A DNA stretch of 64,000 nucleotides from Octopus sinensis (Eukaryota). Within the stretch, counting starts at the first letter, position 1; every line of letters begins with the position of its first letter. The notes beneath the pieces are model-generated. The model did not search any database and had not been told where the DNA came from. It saw nothing but the letters and a program-made list of their open reading frames with translations. The translations under genes and the position numbers were made by a program. The stretch covers positions 7,626,001 to 7,690,000 of the forward strand of contig NC_043022.1 of the NCBI RefSeq assembly GCF_006345805.1, read 5' to 3'. Below, piece after piece: positions 1 through 50,702 of this stretch.

Positions 1-400
1 AATACTACTCCCCCTCATCCTCTTCCTCTTCTAACTACTACTCCCCCTCATCCTCTTCCTCTTCTAATTACTACTCCCCCTCATCCTCTTCCTCTTCTAA
101 TTACTACTCCCCCTCATCCACTTCCTCTTCTAACTACTACTCCCCCTCGTTATCTTCCACTACTACTCACTCTCGGTCTCTTCGTCTTCTAACTACTACT
201 CCCCCTCATCCTCTTCGTCTTCTAACTACTACTCCCCCTCATCCTTGTCGTCTCAACTACTACTCCCCCTCATCCTCTTCGTCTTCTAACTACTACTCCC
301 CCTCATCCTCTTCGTCTTCTAACTACTACTCCCCCTCATCCTCTTCGTCTTCTAACTACTACTCCCCCTCATCCTCTTCGTCTTCTAACTACTCCTCTTC
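1..400. repeat. ~33-bp C/T-rich minisatellite
   Basis: About 12 copies of ctaactactactccccctcatcctcttc(c/g)tctt. Confidence 0.9.
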
Positions 401-737
401 CTCCTCGTTATCTTCCTCTCCCCCCCCCCCGTATGACTGCTTCCTCTTCACTTTCTTCCTCTTCACATCATCACCATCATCATCATTCCCATTGTTTGCA
501 TCAAGATGGTGTGTAGTACTTCCTCCATTTTCCCTTTTGTTTTTTTTGTATATGTTCCTATGTTTTTATGATTTTTTTTTGTTTTATTTATTGCGCCACC
601 AATTTCCTGTGACATAGCTGTAAATCACCACCACCACCACCATCGCAACCACGCCCCTCCCCTGCCCTGTGTCTTCACCTAATATGTGTGTCATTAGATA
701 TGGCTTGAGGGAGGGATGTTGTCCATTACACACACAC

Positions 738-771
<34 letters not shown>

Positions 772-971
772 GCACATAGAAAAGTGTGTGAGTGAGTGTA
801 TATGATGTATGTGTGTATGGCATTACAGACCATCAATCATATGGATGTGTAGACATCTGGTCACAAAGAGATGCAGGCGGACAAACAGACAGATTACATG
901 GAAGTTACCTGGCGGCTCTTTTTATAGATGCAGACAAACATGCACACACACAGAATCATATAATGTGTTTG

Positions 972-984
972 TATATATATATAT

Positions 985-1018
<34 letters not shown>

Positions 1019-1023
1019 GGTAT

Positions 1024-1055
<32 letters not shown>

Positions 1056-1057
1056 TG

Positions 1058-1088
<31 letters not shown>

Positions 1089-1119
1089 GTATATATATAT
1101 AATTATGTATATATATATG

Positions 1120-1155
<36 letters not shown>

Positions 1156-1156
1156 G

Positions 1157-1189
<33 letters not shown>

Positions 1190-1190
1190 G

Positions 1191-1235
<45 letters not shown>

Positions 1236-1261
1236 GTATATGTATATATATATGTATATGT

Positions 1262-1312
<51 letters not shown>

Positions 1313-1319
1313 TATATAA
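972..1319. repeat. (TA)n/(TATG)n microsatellite
   Basis: Direct reading; source of the YIYI ORFs. Confidence 0.95.
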
Positions 1320-1425
1320 AGGATAAGATCGATATTTAAATACCAATCTTATTAGGTGGCCGGCATGGGAATAAAAAAGCCTCAAAGGTAATAATTATAA
1401 TTAAAATTATAATTTAGGGTTATCT

Positions 1426-1711
1426 AAGAGATACCATCATGCTGGAAATAGCAGCCAAAACCTGGCTCTGAAACCACATTAAATGTTCATACAGCACCAG
1501 GAGAGAGAAGACAAAGAGACAAAATATACTAGCAAAAAAAAAAAAATTACTGGACAATTCTGGAATCCGAGATCTGGAATTGTCCAGTATTTTTTTTTTT
1601 TTTGCTAGTTTATTTTGTCTCTTTGTCTTCTCTCTCCTCGTGCTGTATGAACATTTAATGTGGTTTTAGAGTCAGGTTTTGGCTGCTATTTCCAGCATGG
1701 TGGTATCTCTT
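1426..1711. repeat. Foldback inverted repeat (MITE-like), ~135-bp arms, 16-nt loop
   Basis: aagagataccatcatgctggaaatagcagccaaaacc...ggacaattc pairs with gaattgtcc...ggctgctatttccagcatggtggtatctctt. Confidence 0.9.
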
Positions 1712-1896
1712 TCCTGCCCGACCAGGCTCCTTGTCCTAGCCAAACACTTGGACAGTGCCGAGTGGAGCCGTTTTAACACAAATCTAAAGGTATCCTCTGG
1801 GAAGGAGTTCGTTATCCTGCACAGATCGGTTTCCCATATGACCTCCGCAGCCACCTGCAAAAGCCACTCAGGGTCCTCCGTGGGAAACCAACTTCT

Positions 1897-2127
1897 TATT
1901 TCTTTATTGCCCACAAGGGGCTACACACAGAGGGGACACACAAGGACAGACAAATGGATTAAGTCGATTAGATCGATCCCAGTGCGTAACTGGTACTTTA
2001 TTTATCGACCCCGAAAGGATGAAAGGCAAAGTCGACCTTGGCGGAATTTGAACTCAGAACGTAACGGCAGAAGAAATACAGCTAAGCATTTCGCCCGGCG
2101 TGCTAACGTTTCTGCCAGCTCGCCGCC
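1897..2127 (-). mobile_element. tRNA-derived SINE family A. Other copies: ~4058-4232(-), 6909-7130(+), 7141-7372(+), 10012-10220(+), 10263-10470(+), 21763-21992(-), 24517-24935(+), 29470-29699(-)
   Basis: Recurrent ~230-bp unit ggcggcgagctggcagaaacgttagc...gagttcaaattcc (A/B boxes)...gcctttcatcctttcggggtcgat...gtagtaaagaaata. Confidence 0.85.
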
Positions 2128-2159
2128 CTCTTACCACATAGTCACATCTGTACCCTATT

Positions 2160-2350
2160 ATCATCATCATGATGTTTATATCCATTCTCCATGCTGGCAT
2201 GGGTTGGATGGGTTGACAGGGGCTGGGCCATCCAGAGAACTGCACCAGGCTCCAGTTGTCTATTCTGGTATGGTTTTTATAGCTGGATGCCCTTCTTAAT
2301 ACCAACCACTTTACAGTGTACTGGGTGCTTCTTACATGGCACTAATACAG
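2160..2350 (-). mobile_element. Retroposon with (GAT)n tail and ggatgcccttcc motif. Other copies: ~5330-5470, 15268-15440, 26590-26720, 34545-34670, 48908-49080
   Basis: Recurrent catcatcat-tttaacgtccgctttccatgc...ctggatgcccttcctaacgccaaccact. Family assignment is uncertain. Confidence 0.6.
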
Positions 2351-2755
2351 GTGCTTTTACATGAAAATTGGCAGGGATACTAAATGCATGGTGAGGATGA
2401 GACCCCCGATGGTTAAGATTTGCAAGCTATAAAGATGTGGTTGCTATGGCAAAAAGAGTGATTTTTTTATCGATTCAAGGGGGCCCAGAACACCTCTAGG
2501 TTTGTGCAATTGGCTTTTAATGCCCAGCAGCATGCACTGAAGGCTGTTGTGCTTAATAAACATACATTTTGTCACAATGATTTTTCATTGTGAAAAAACG
2601 AGTGCTTTTTGCCCTCATTTTCTTTTTAATTTTTAATAAAATTTTCGTTTTTTTTTTTTTTAAATTCCTCATCTTTAAAATGTGGCCCAAGTAGACCTGA
2701 ATGAAATTGGGTTATTATACTAGTATTTATATAAATCCTTTTTGTTTCTTCACAG

Positions 2756-40605
<37,850 letters not shown>

Positions 40606-40852
40606 GCCATTAAGATGTCTTCACTTAAAAAAAAAAAACATTTTGAAATGTTGGGTTTTTTTTATATTTTGATTTAAAGAACAATTGAAAAATCAGAAAG
40701 GTGCCACACCATTTTCTCATTCAAAAAATTATACATCAAACTGAAAAAGGAATATATACATATTTGGACAAAATTGTGTGTGTTCATATATATATATGTA
40801 TGTATATATATATGTATGTATGTATGTATATATATATGTATGTATGTATGTA

Positions 40853-40884
<32 letters not shown>

Positions 40885-41144
40885 AAGTAAGTATATGTAT
40901 ATTTATATATGCATGTATTTATCTATATATGTATGTATGTATATGTATATATATATGTATGTATGTATGTATATATATATGTATGTATGTATATATGTAT
41001 GTATAAGTAAGTATATGTATATTTATATATGCATGTATTTATCTCTATATGTATATACATACCTATATATATATATGTGTGTATATTTTGTATATAAACA
41101 TATATGTACATATATATATATATAGCTATGTATGTATATATGTA

Positions 41145-41191
<47 letters not shown>

Positions 41192-41640
41192 AACAAAACA
41201 TATAGACAAATTTCATTACATTTATATTTATTTGATTTTCATTTTTTGTGAATTTTCTCAACTATTTTAATATTAAGGTCACACTAAATGTAGAGATTAA
41301 GATTACAGTAAAGAATGCATTGGTAGAACAGGGCAAGATAATCTTAGGCTGAGACCAGATAAAATATATAGCAAGATTATTTCTTTAATGTATACAAAGA
41401 AACAGGACCATAAATTAGAAAAAAAAACACCTTTTATCAATTCAAAATGAACAATTAAACTACACCATCTAGAAAATTACATATATTAGAAATATTAGTA
41501 TTAAAATAACAATAAAATACCAATGATTAAGTAAATTGCAAATAATTATTATTATTATATATATGGGTACATATATTTTCTATAATTTTTATATACCTAT
41601 ATTTATGTATATATTATGTACATACATGTATTTTCATGTA

Positions 41641-41674
<34 letters not shown>

Positions 41675-41732
41675 ATATATACCATAGATATTTATGGAAC
41701 AATGTATATGTATACATGCCCACTTACACATA

Positions 41733-41768
<36 letters not shown>

Positions 41769-42064
41769 TTATATCCATACACACATGTATATGTGTGGTG
41801 CATGTGTTAAGAAACATGTAACACCTCTCCAGAAACACGTCTCAAGAATTTTACGTTTTCACTTTTCTTGATTTCTTATTTTTCGGCTTTTTTAGCCCTA
41901 AATATTTAGAATTATAAACTCAAGTATATGTGTATATATATATGTATTTATATCTATAAATTTTTTGATAAATAGATATGCATATATATTTACATGTATA
42001 TATATACACACACACATATATATATATGTGTGTGCATATATGAATATATATGAATATATATATA

Positions 42065-42105
<41 letters not shown>

Positions 42106-42467
42106 TTCAGCAAAATTTAGATTCAGATGAATATGGTACTTAAGTTAAAGGCACCAGAATTTTGTATGGTATTATCCATATAAATCAAATGGGGTGATTA
42201 TAATCAAAATAGGCAACAAGTATACCCAAGGTAGAGTAGTACAATTGTTTCATGCTACTTCATTTTATTAAACACTGTAAGTATTACATCAGTTTTAAAA
42301 TGTCGAGCAATCTTCAATCTGAACAGACAATGCACATTCTTATACATATTTCATTTGCTAACATTATAAAGAGGGTAGGTATATATAGACAGAGAGGTTG
42401 ATATCATTCTTAAGAACATGATAGTAGCATGTTCACTCACCGTCTCTCTCTCTATATATATATTTAT

Positions 42468-42502
<35 letters not shown>

Positions 42503-44405
42503 CATAGATGTATTTATGTACGTATGTATTTCATTTTTGTTACCATCAAAGATTAAAGGTGTGAAGCATGTATCTGTAATTCCTAATATCCTGGTGATGT
42601 TAGTTCTTATTTGTGAGACAATGGTAACAAAGTCAAAAAAAAAATTTTTTTTAAATAACCTCAGCAAACAGAGTCGAGGAAAATGTGATGAAACGGAAGA
42701 GAAGATAAAACGTACACCACTGTTGTGAATTAAAAACAAAGTCAAAATTAATTTAATCTACATGGAAAGAAAACTTGACATATTTCTTTATTTTGTGGTG
42801 GGACGGGGGGTTTTCTTTCTATTGTGATGTATCTGGGGATTTAAAATTTAATAAGGGGTTGAGCAAGATATATGTGTAATCCCAAAAGATTTTTTTTGTT
42901 CAAAATCAGGGCTTCAGTTTATTACTTGAGCCCGTTTAAAAAAACACTAAATTAGAAATTCTTGGACTACAGAGAGACCAAGAAGGACTAAATTACTAAT
43001 AGCAGTTCAATTGCTATTTGAACCATTAAAAAAATATCTATGTCAATGAAAAATGCTGGAAAATCCTGGGATAGGAACAGAATGTGAACTAAATACCCAG
43101 AAATGTTTTCGGGTTTACAATTGAGGGTTTTCTGTGTAAACCCATTTAAATATTGGGTTGTTAGATAAATTTGGTTTTTGTTTTGTTGTTTTTTTAATTT
43201 TTTTCTTCTACTTGGCATTTCATCATCATATGTCTGGAAAGAGGTGAAATTTATTCAAATTTCAAAAATGATAAACCAAAGTTGTACAGGAAGAATAGAA
43301 TTACAAAAAAAAAAAACACTTATGATAAAAATATTTTTCGTGTTGACTCAAATAACTGTGGAAAGGATTTAAAGCCAGCGAGGCAGACAAAGAATAAATT
43401 TATCTGACAACCCATGGCAAATCCTGAGATAAAAATTAAATAACTAAATTCATGGAAAAGTTCATGATTCCATAGTCCCACCTAAAGCCATTAATTTACT
43501 TTAACAGGAACAATGGCAAGTTCTGGGCAAAGCAAGAATTTGATAAAATCTAAGAAAACTTATTTGAGTTCAGAATCCGCAATCCTTGTTTCAGTTACTA
43601 CTCGAAGCTATATTCTTTCATTTCCTTTCATTCACTTCATTTTTGCCTATATGCCACTCGCCACTAAATAAATGCCCTTGGGGAAATGGCTGAACGTCAC
43701 AACATCACAAACTTCCCGGTTCTTAACCTTACAATATATCAATCAGTTGGGCCCTTCAGCATAGTGAAATAATTGATAACTAAAAGTAAACCAGGGGTTA
43801 GTCTTGAGAAGAAACTAAGTGTGGCTTGAGATGGCAGAACTCAGTATCAAGCACTGCCACTGTCATCGTCTTCGGAGGAAATACCTAGAAAAACTCCATA
43901 CATGTTCATCTGACCCTCTGCCAAATGTTCTAAGTTCAAATCCTGCCAAAGAGGTGAGTAGGTGGATGGGGAAATAGTCAGATGAGGGTGATTGATTGAT
44001 TGATTGATTGATTTTGATTTTTTTTATCAGTCTAATGATGGAGTGGAATTTGGCGGTTCATGAATTAAGATTTATTTCACGATAATTCTTCCCTCCTGAG
44101 GAAAAAAAAAAAAAATCTTCATTTTGCCCTCTGATAAGTCCCCCGCCAAGTAAAGAAAATATATTAAAGACAAAATTAAAACTATATTGCATGGCCACCA
44201 CCATACACAAAGAAACATATTGGAGAGCGAATAAATGCAGAACTAAATAAGACGTATAAAATTTTAAGCAAAACAGAAAAATATTCTAAGTACGAATCAG
44301 AACTTGAAAAAGGAAAGAAAAGAATGTACAGGGTTTATATATATATATAATATATATATATATACACACACACAACACACACACGTATGTATATATGTAT
44401 GTGTG

Positions 44406-44440
<35 letters not shown>

Positions 44441-44465
44441 GTATGTATATATGTATGTATGTATG

Positions 44466-44502
<37 letters not shown>

Positions 44503-44521
44503 CTACATACGCATGCATATA

Positions 44522-44566
<45 letters not shown>

Positions 44567-46841
44567 CTACATACGCATGCATATATGTGTGTGTGTATAT
44601 ATATATATATATATTATATATACACACATGTATGTATATATGTATACATATGTATATGTATGTATATATATATATATATACATATCTACATACGCATGCA
44701 TATATGTGTGTATATATATATGTGTAAGTATATAAGTGTGTATGTGTATATATATATATATATATCCATGCATCTTTGAGTTGAATTTGCTAACTTGAAC
44801 AATACAGAACTCAAAATAACATAGGCACTAAAACAAATTAATTACAACGGACAAAGAATAAATTAACAATTAAAAACATCGTTACCTAAATTACTAATTC
44901 GAATTGAGACAAACAGGTAGGGCGAAAAAAAAAAAAAAGAACCCACCTGCAATTTAAAGTAATCAAAAAAAAAAAAAAAGGAAATTATCTTAATTCAAAA
45001 CGAATGCAATGAGGAGCAATGCCATGATCTTTGGTAGAATGGTGACAAATCCGGATATATTTCAACCCTTATAGAACTCCTGGACCTTAGATGAGAAGAA
45101 ACGAGAGACTTTAATGACTTACCATTGAAACTTCTCTGTTTCAACATTGGAAGTACAGGCATATATAAATATATATATATATATGTGTGTGTGTGTATAC
45201 ATTATATATATATATGTATGTATATAGGTGTGAATGGGTTTATATTCTGTTTCATGTAGCAAATACATTACTTTCTTCTCTCATTTGTAAAATCAACACA
45301 CTGCTAGCAATATGTACGTATGTGTGTGTGCTGTGTGTATACACGACACAATTATAAATACACACATATGTAAATGTATACAAGCATAAAGGTGTGTATA
45401 TATATAATATATATATATGTATACACATGTACCCATATATGTATACATATGTGTAAATATATGTAATTATTTATTTTTTCATATATACATATACATCTGC
45501 TTACAAACAAGTGTGTATAAATATATATATTTATGTGTGTATGTGTATATATATACACACATATGTGCATATATACATAATTATGTACATATAATTACAT
45601 ACATACTATATACTTATGTACACACACACAGATATATATATATTGTTATTGAAAAGAAATTTGTCATCTGAAGATTGCGGTGGCATGAAACTCTTGAAAT
45701 GAATATTCAGCTTCTATAAACCACATGCTCTACAATGTGTATTGAGCACTCCTCTGTTATGAATCTCCATTATTCAACATCCATACATAATACATACACA
45801 CACACACATAATTCCATAATCCTACCTAAAGCCATTAATTTACTTTAACAGGAACAATGGCAAGTTCTCTGTGTGTATGTGTATGTATATATATATATAT
45901 ATTACTTATATTACTTTTTTATATTGATTTAATATTAAACTGAGGAATTGCTCAATTTTTGTAGAGTACATATTTATTTTGCTTTTACGAGAAGAGAAGT
46001 GACGATGTGTTTGAAGTTTCTGACTACTAACCTTCATCAGACTGTGCTGCATTTGAGTTCCTCTTGGCTTAATATAGTTATATATTCTAACCCAAAAGAA
46101 CTGCCTGACAAAGGCTAGCAGGCTGGAGCTTTGATATCATTATCTGCCCTTGTCTTTTAGAAATATAATAAATATATATGTGTGTCTATATACATGCAAC
46201 ATATACGCGGAAAGAGTCAAGTTAAGAGCGTAAAATGCCTGTAAATTTCTTCAAGAATCTTTCCTTTCTTAAATACAGTGAATGTTGGTTTCTGTTGCTT
46301 TTTACTTTCCTACATACCAAACACAAATATTTTTCATCAAAGACAGAAACTTGACTTAGCAGCAGGAAAAAGAAAAAAATGTTATGGAGGGTTCAAAACG
46401 AGCTATTTTTGTGTATATGTGTGTCACATCTTTTTTCAAGAGGGAAGGGTTTTCTTGAGTTCTCTGTCATTTATTTTTTTGCTGGTATCAGAAAATAGTG
46501 TGGGAAGTAATATTTATTTATTTAGAGGAGTATTTTATTATTTTTTTTCTTTTATTCCTGAATAACTTGAGTCCTTCAAATGCCAAATTCATTCACTTGA
46601 AATGAGCTCTTTTAGCAGAATAGAAATATATATATATATATATATATATCCCAATATAAATGTTCTTCCAATATTTATTAAGTCAAATATATATATATAT
46701 ACACATATATACACACACTCACACACATATATACACACATATATGCACACACACACACACACACATACATATATACACACACATATATACATATACAAAT
46801 ATACATACACACACATATATATATACCTAGATACATACATG

Positions 46842-46879
<38 letters not shown>

Positions 46880-47742
46880 CACATATACATTTGCTTATAT
46901 ATGTTCAAATATGCATATGTATTAGCATACATAAATGTGTGTATGAAGTCAAATATATTTGCATGTATGTATATATGCATATATACATGCATACATATAT
47001 ATATATAAAGATGTGTGTATATGTATGTATATATATATATATATATATATATAAATGTGTGTGTGTATGTATATGTATGTATACATGAAATTATTAAACC
47101 CTCCCCTACTCTACCCTGCTCAGCCAAATGAAGAAAAAAATACTAAATAATTAAATTTTAAAAAATACAAAACTAAAGACGTATAAAATAAAAAAAAGAA
47201 AACATCGTCATTTATATGAAACCAGGTCAAAACTGGAATAAAAATGCCAAAACAAAAATTTTACCATTTTTCAAATTTTTTCTTTTTTTTTTTTTTCTTT
47301 TTCCTCCTGAAAAAACTCTGAATAAAAGATAATTCTCTCTGAGGAGTACCGGGGGGGTTGTTTCCCGCTACTCTCGAAAAAAATAGGAATATATATATTG
47401 ACGAAAAAAATAACAAAACAAACCAAAAAAAAAAAAAAGGTATGCTGCGAATTGATTATTAATGGTAATTTCTGATAAATATGGATTCACTACTTGCTAA
47501 TATTAATAATAATAATAATTAATATTATTATTAATGACTTCTTTTATTTTTTTTAAATAATTATTAACAATAATGATAAGGAAATATGATAATGATAATA
47601 AGGATTTCTATCGTTTTAAAACAATGATTTCTAACATTTGATAATGATAATAAACTATTATTTCTACAACGACTACTGCTATTATTATTGTTGTTATTGT
47701 TGTTGAATGTTTTTCTCTTTTGTCTATTTGGTTCTGCATGAA

Positions 47743-48870
47743 GGCGAGCTGGCCGAAAAGTTAGCACGCCGGAACAAATTGCTTAGCCGTATTTCATCTG
47801 CCGTTACGTTCTGAGTTCAAATTCCGCCGAGGTCGACTTTGCCTTTCATCCTTTCGGGGTCGATAAAGTAAGTATCAACTGAGAAATAGGTATTTTGTCT
47901 GCCGTTACGTTGTGAGTTCAAATTCCGCCGAGGTCGACTTTGCCTTTCATCCTTTCGGGGTCGATAAAGTAAGTATCAACTGAGAAATAGGTATTTTGTC
48001 TGCCGTTACGTTCTGAGTTCAAATTCCGCCGAGGTCGACTTTGCCTTTCATCCTTTCGGGGTCGATAAAGTAAGTATCAACTGAGAAATAGGTATTTTGT
48101 CTGCCGTTACGTTGTGAGTTCAAATTCCGCCGAGGTCGACTTTGCCTTTCATCCTTTCGGGGTCGATAAAGTAAGTATCAACTGAGAAAAAGGTATTTTG
48201 TCTGCCGTTACGTTCTGAGTTCAAATTCTGCCGAGGTCGACTTTGCCTTTCATCCTTTCGGGGTCGATAAAGTAAGTATCAACTGAGAAAGAGGTATTTC
48301 GTCTGCCGTTACGTTGTGAGTTCAAATTCTGCCGAGGTCGACTTTGCATTTCATCCTTTCGGGGTCGATAAAGTAAGTATCAACTGAGAAAGAGGTATTT
48401 TGTCTGCCGTTACGTTCTGAGTTCAAATTCTGCCGAGGTCGACTTTGCCTTTCATCCCTTCGGGGTCGATAAAGTAAGTATCAACTGAGAAAAAGGTATT
48501 TTGTCTGCCGTTACGTTCTGAGTTCCAATTCTGCCGAGGTCGACTTTGCCTTTCATCCTTTCGGGGTCGATAAAGTAAGTATCAACTGAGAAAGAGGTAT
48601 TTCGTCTGCCGTTACGTTGTGAGTTCAAATTCCACCGAGGTCAACTTTGCATTTCATCCTTTCGGGGTCGATAAAGTAAGTATCAACTGAGAAAAAGGTA
48701 TTTTGTCTGCCGTTACGTTGTGAGTTCAAATTCCGCCGAGGTCAACTTTGCATTTCATCCTTTCGGGGTCGATAAAGTAAGTATCAACTGAGAAATAGGT
48801 ATTTTGTCTGCCGTTACGTTGTGAGTTCAAATTCCACCGAGGTCGACTTTGCCTTTCATCCTTTCGGGGG
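47743..48870 (+). repeat. SINE-A-derived 101-bp tandem array, ~11 units
   Basis: Unit starts at 47789, 47890, 47991 ... 48799; each has gagttcaaattcc and gcctttcatcctttcggggtcgat. Confidence 0.95.
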
Positions 48871-50501
48871 GTCGATTAAATAAGTACCAGTTATGCACTG
48901 GGGTCGATATCATCATCATCGTTTAGTGTCCGCTTTCCATGCTAGCATGGATTGGACGGATCAACTGGGGTGTGGGAAGCCAGAAGGCTGCACTAGGCCC
49001 AGTCTGATCGGGCAATGTTTCTACAGCTGGATGCCCTTCCTAACGCCAACCACTCCATGAGTGTAGTGGGTGCTTTTAATGATATAATCAACTTAATCCG
49101 TATGTCTGTCCTTGTTTGGCCTCTCTGTGTTTAGCCCCTTGTGGGTAGTAAAGAAAAGGTATTTCGTCTGCCGCTACGTTCTGAGTTCAAATTCTGCCGA
49201 GGTCGACTTTACCTTTCATCCTTTCGGGATTGATTAAATAAGTACCAGTTACGCACTGGAGTCGATGTAATCGACTTAATCCATCTGTCTGTCCTTGTTT
49301 GTCCACTCTATGTTTAGCCCCTTGTGGGTAGTAAAGAAATAGGTTAGTGTGATGGGTTCACAATCACGAGGTAGTGAGTTCGATTCCCAGACTAGGCTGT
49401 ATGTTGTGTTCTTAAGCAAGATACTTTATTTCACGTTGCTCCAGTTCAGTGAACTGTTGAACTGAGTTGCAGCATCATTGGTGGCCTGGAGAGGTGAGGG
49501 CTGGTATGCATGGCTGACTGCTGGTCTTCCATAAACAACCTTGCCAAAGCGTGGGCCTTGGAGGGTAACTTTCTTGGTGCAATCCCATGGTATTTCATAT
49601 CCGAAGGAGCTCTTTATCTTTTGTCCTATGTACATACAATGGCCTGGAGAGAAGAGGCTGGTATGCATAGGCAACTGCTGGTCTTCCATAAACAACCTTG
49701 CCCAAGTGTGGGCTTTGGAGGGTAACTTTCTAGGTGCAACCCCATGTTCATTCATATCCGAAGGGGGGTCTTTACCTTTTGTCCTATGTACATATTATGG
49801 CATGGAGTGAAGAGGCTGGTATGCATGGGTGACTGTTGGTCTTTCATAAAACCACCTTGGTCAGATTTGTGCCTCAGAGGGAAACTTTCTAGGCACATCC
49901 CATGGTCATTCCTATCCGAAGGGGGTTTTTACCCTTTGCCCTATGTACATATAATGGCATAGGGAGGGGAGGATGGTATGCATGGGCAACTGCTGGTCTT
50001 CCATAAACAACCTTGACCAGATTTGTGCCTTGGAGGGTAACTTTCTAGGGGCATCCCATGGTCATTCATGGGTGAAGGGGCTTTTTACCCTTGGCCCTTT
50101 TATTTAGTTCTACTCACCCTTCCTCAACAGCTACTTTGCTTTTTTATTTTTTCTGTTTATCAGGGGTCAAGGCATGATAGAATAAGTGTGTTCTAGCTGC
50201 AGTATTTTGGATAAAAAGAAAAATCTTACTTGGTTTCGGTGTTTGTGATGAAATAGGCATCGTTCCGTCACCACATTTTGGGAGTTGGGTCCAAGACACA
50301 CATGTTCTTTACTTAATCCAGACACTACCAAAGAAAGTAAAAGATGTCGGTTAAAAAACTTCCTGCATGTGAAACATTTTGTATAGGAATAAACGTTTTT
50401 AAAAAAAAAATGACATTATTTAGCAACAATAGTTAGGAGACAAAACGTAAAGATAAGGAAGTGCTACAACTTGCAAATACAAAAATATCAAAACTCTAAA
50501 C

Positions 50502-50702
50502 CAGTGGTTTTCAACCAGGGTTCCGCCAGTACAGTCCAGGGGTTCCGCAAGAAGTTACAAAACTGCTAAAATCGGCAGTAATTTTTAATTCTCCTGTGCA
50601 GATATGTGTGCATAAGACAATTAAATTATTGCACAGGGGTTCCTCGAGCCAGTGGAATGTTTCCTTGGGGTTCCGCTCCAGCAAAAAGTTTGAAAAGCAC
50701 TG
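50502..50702. mobile_element. hAT-type MITE, 201 bp
   Basis: Perfect 8-bp TSD ctctaaac (50494-50501 and 50703-50710); TIR cagtggttttcaacc / gtttgaaaagcactg. Confidence 0.9.

Noticed and set aside
584-1385. YIYI/CVCV-type ORFs here and at 4.3-6.3, 31-32, 40.8-47 and 62.8-63.2 kb
   Set aside because: Translations of (TA)n, (TG)n and (TATG)n microsatellites.
45995-46030. Hammerhead-like CTGATGA…GAAAC on the minus strand; similar weak cases at ~32690 and ~59007
   Set aside because: Stem II or the core spacing does not fit a hammerhead fold.
47789-48870. CRISPR-like regular array
   Set aside because: Units repeat in full with no unique spacers, the sequence is SINE-derived, and the context is eukaryotic.
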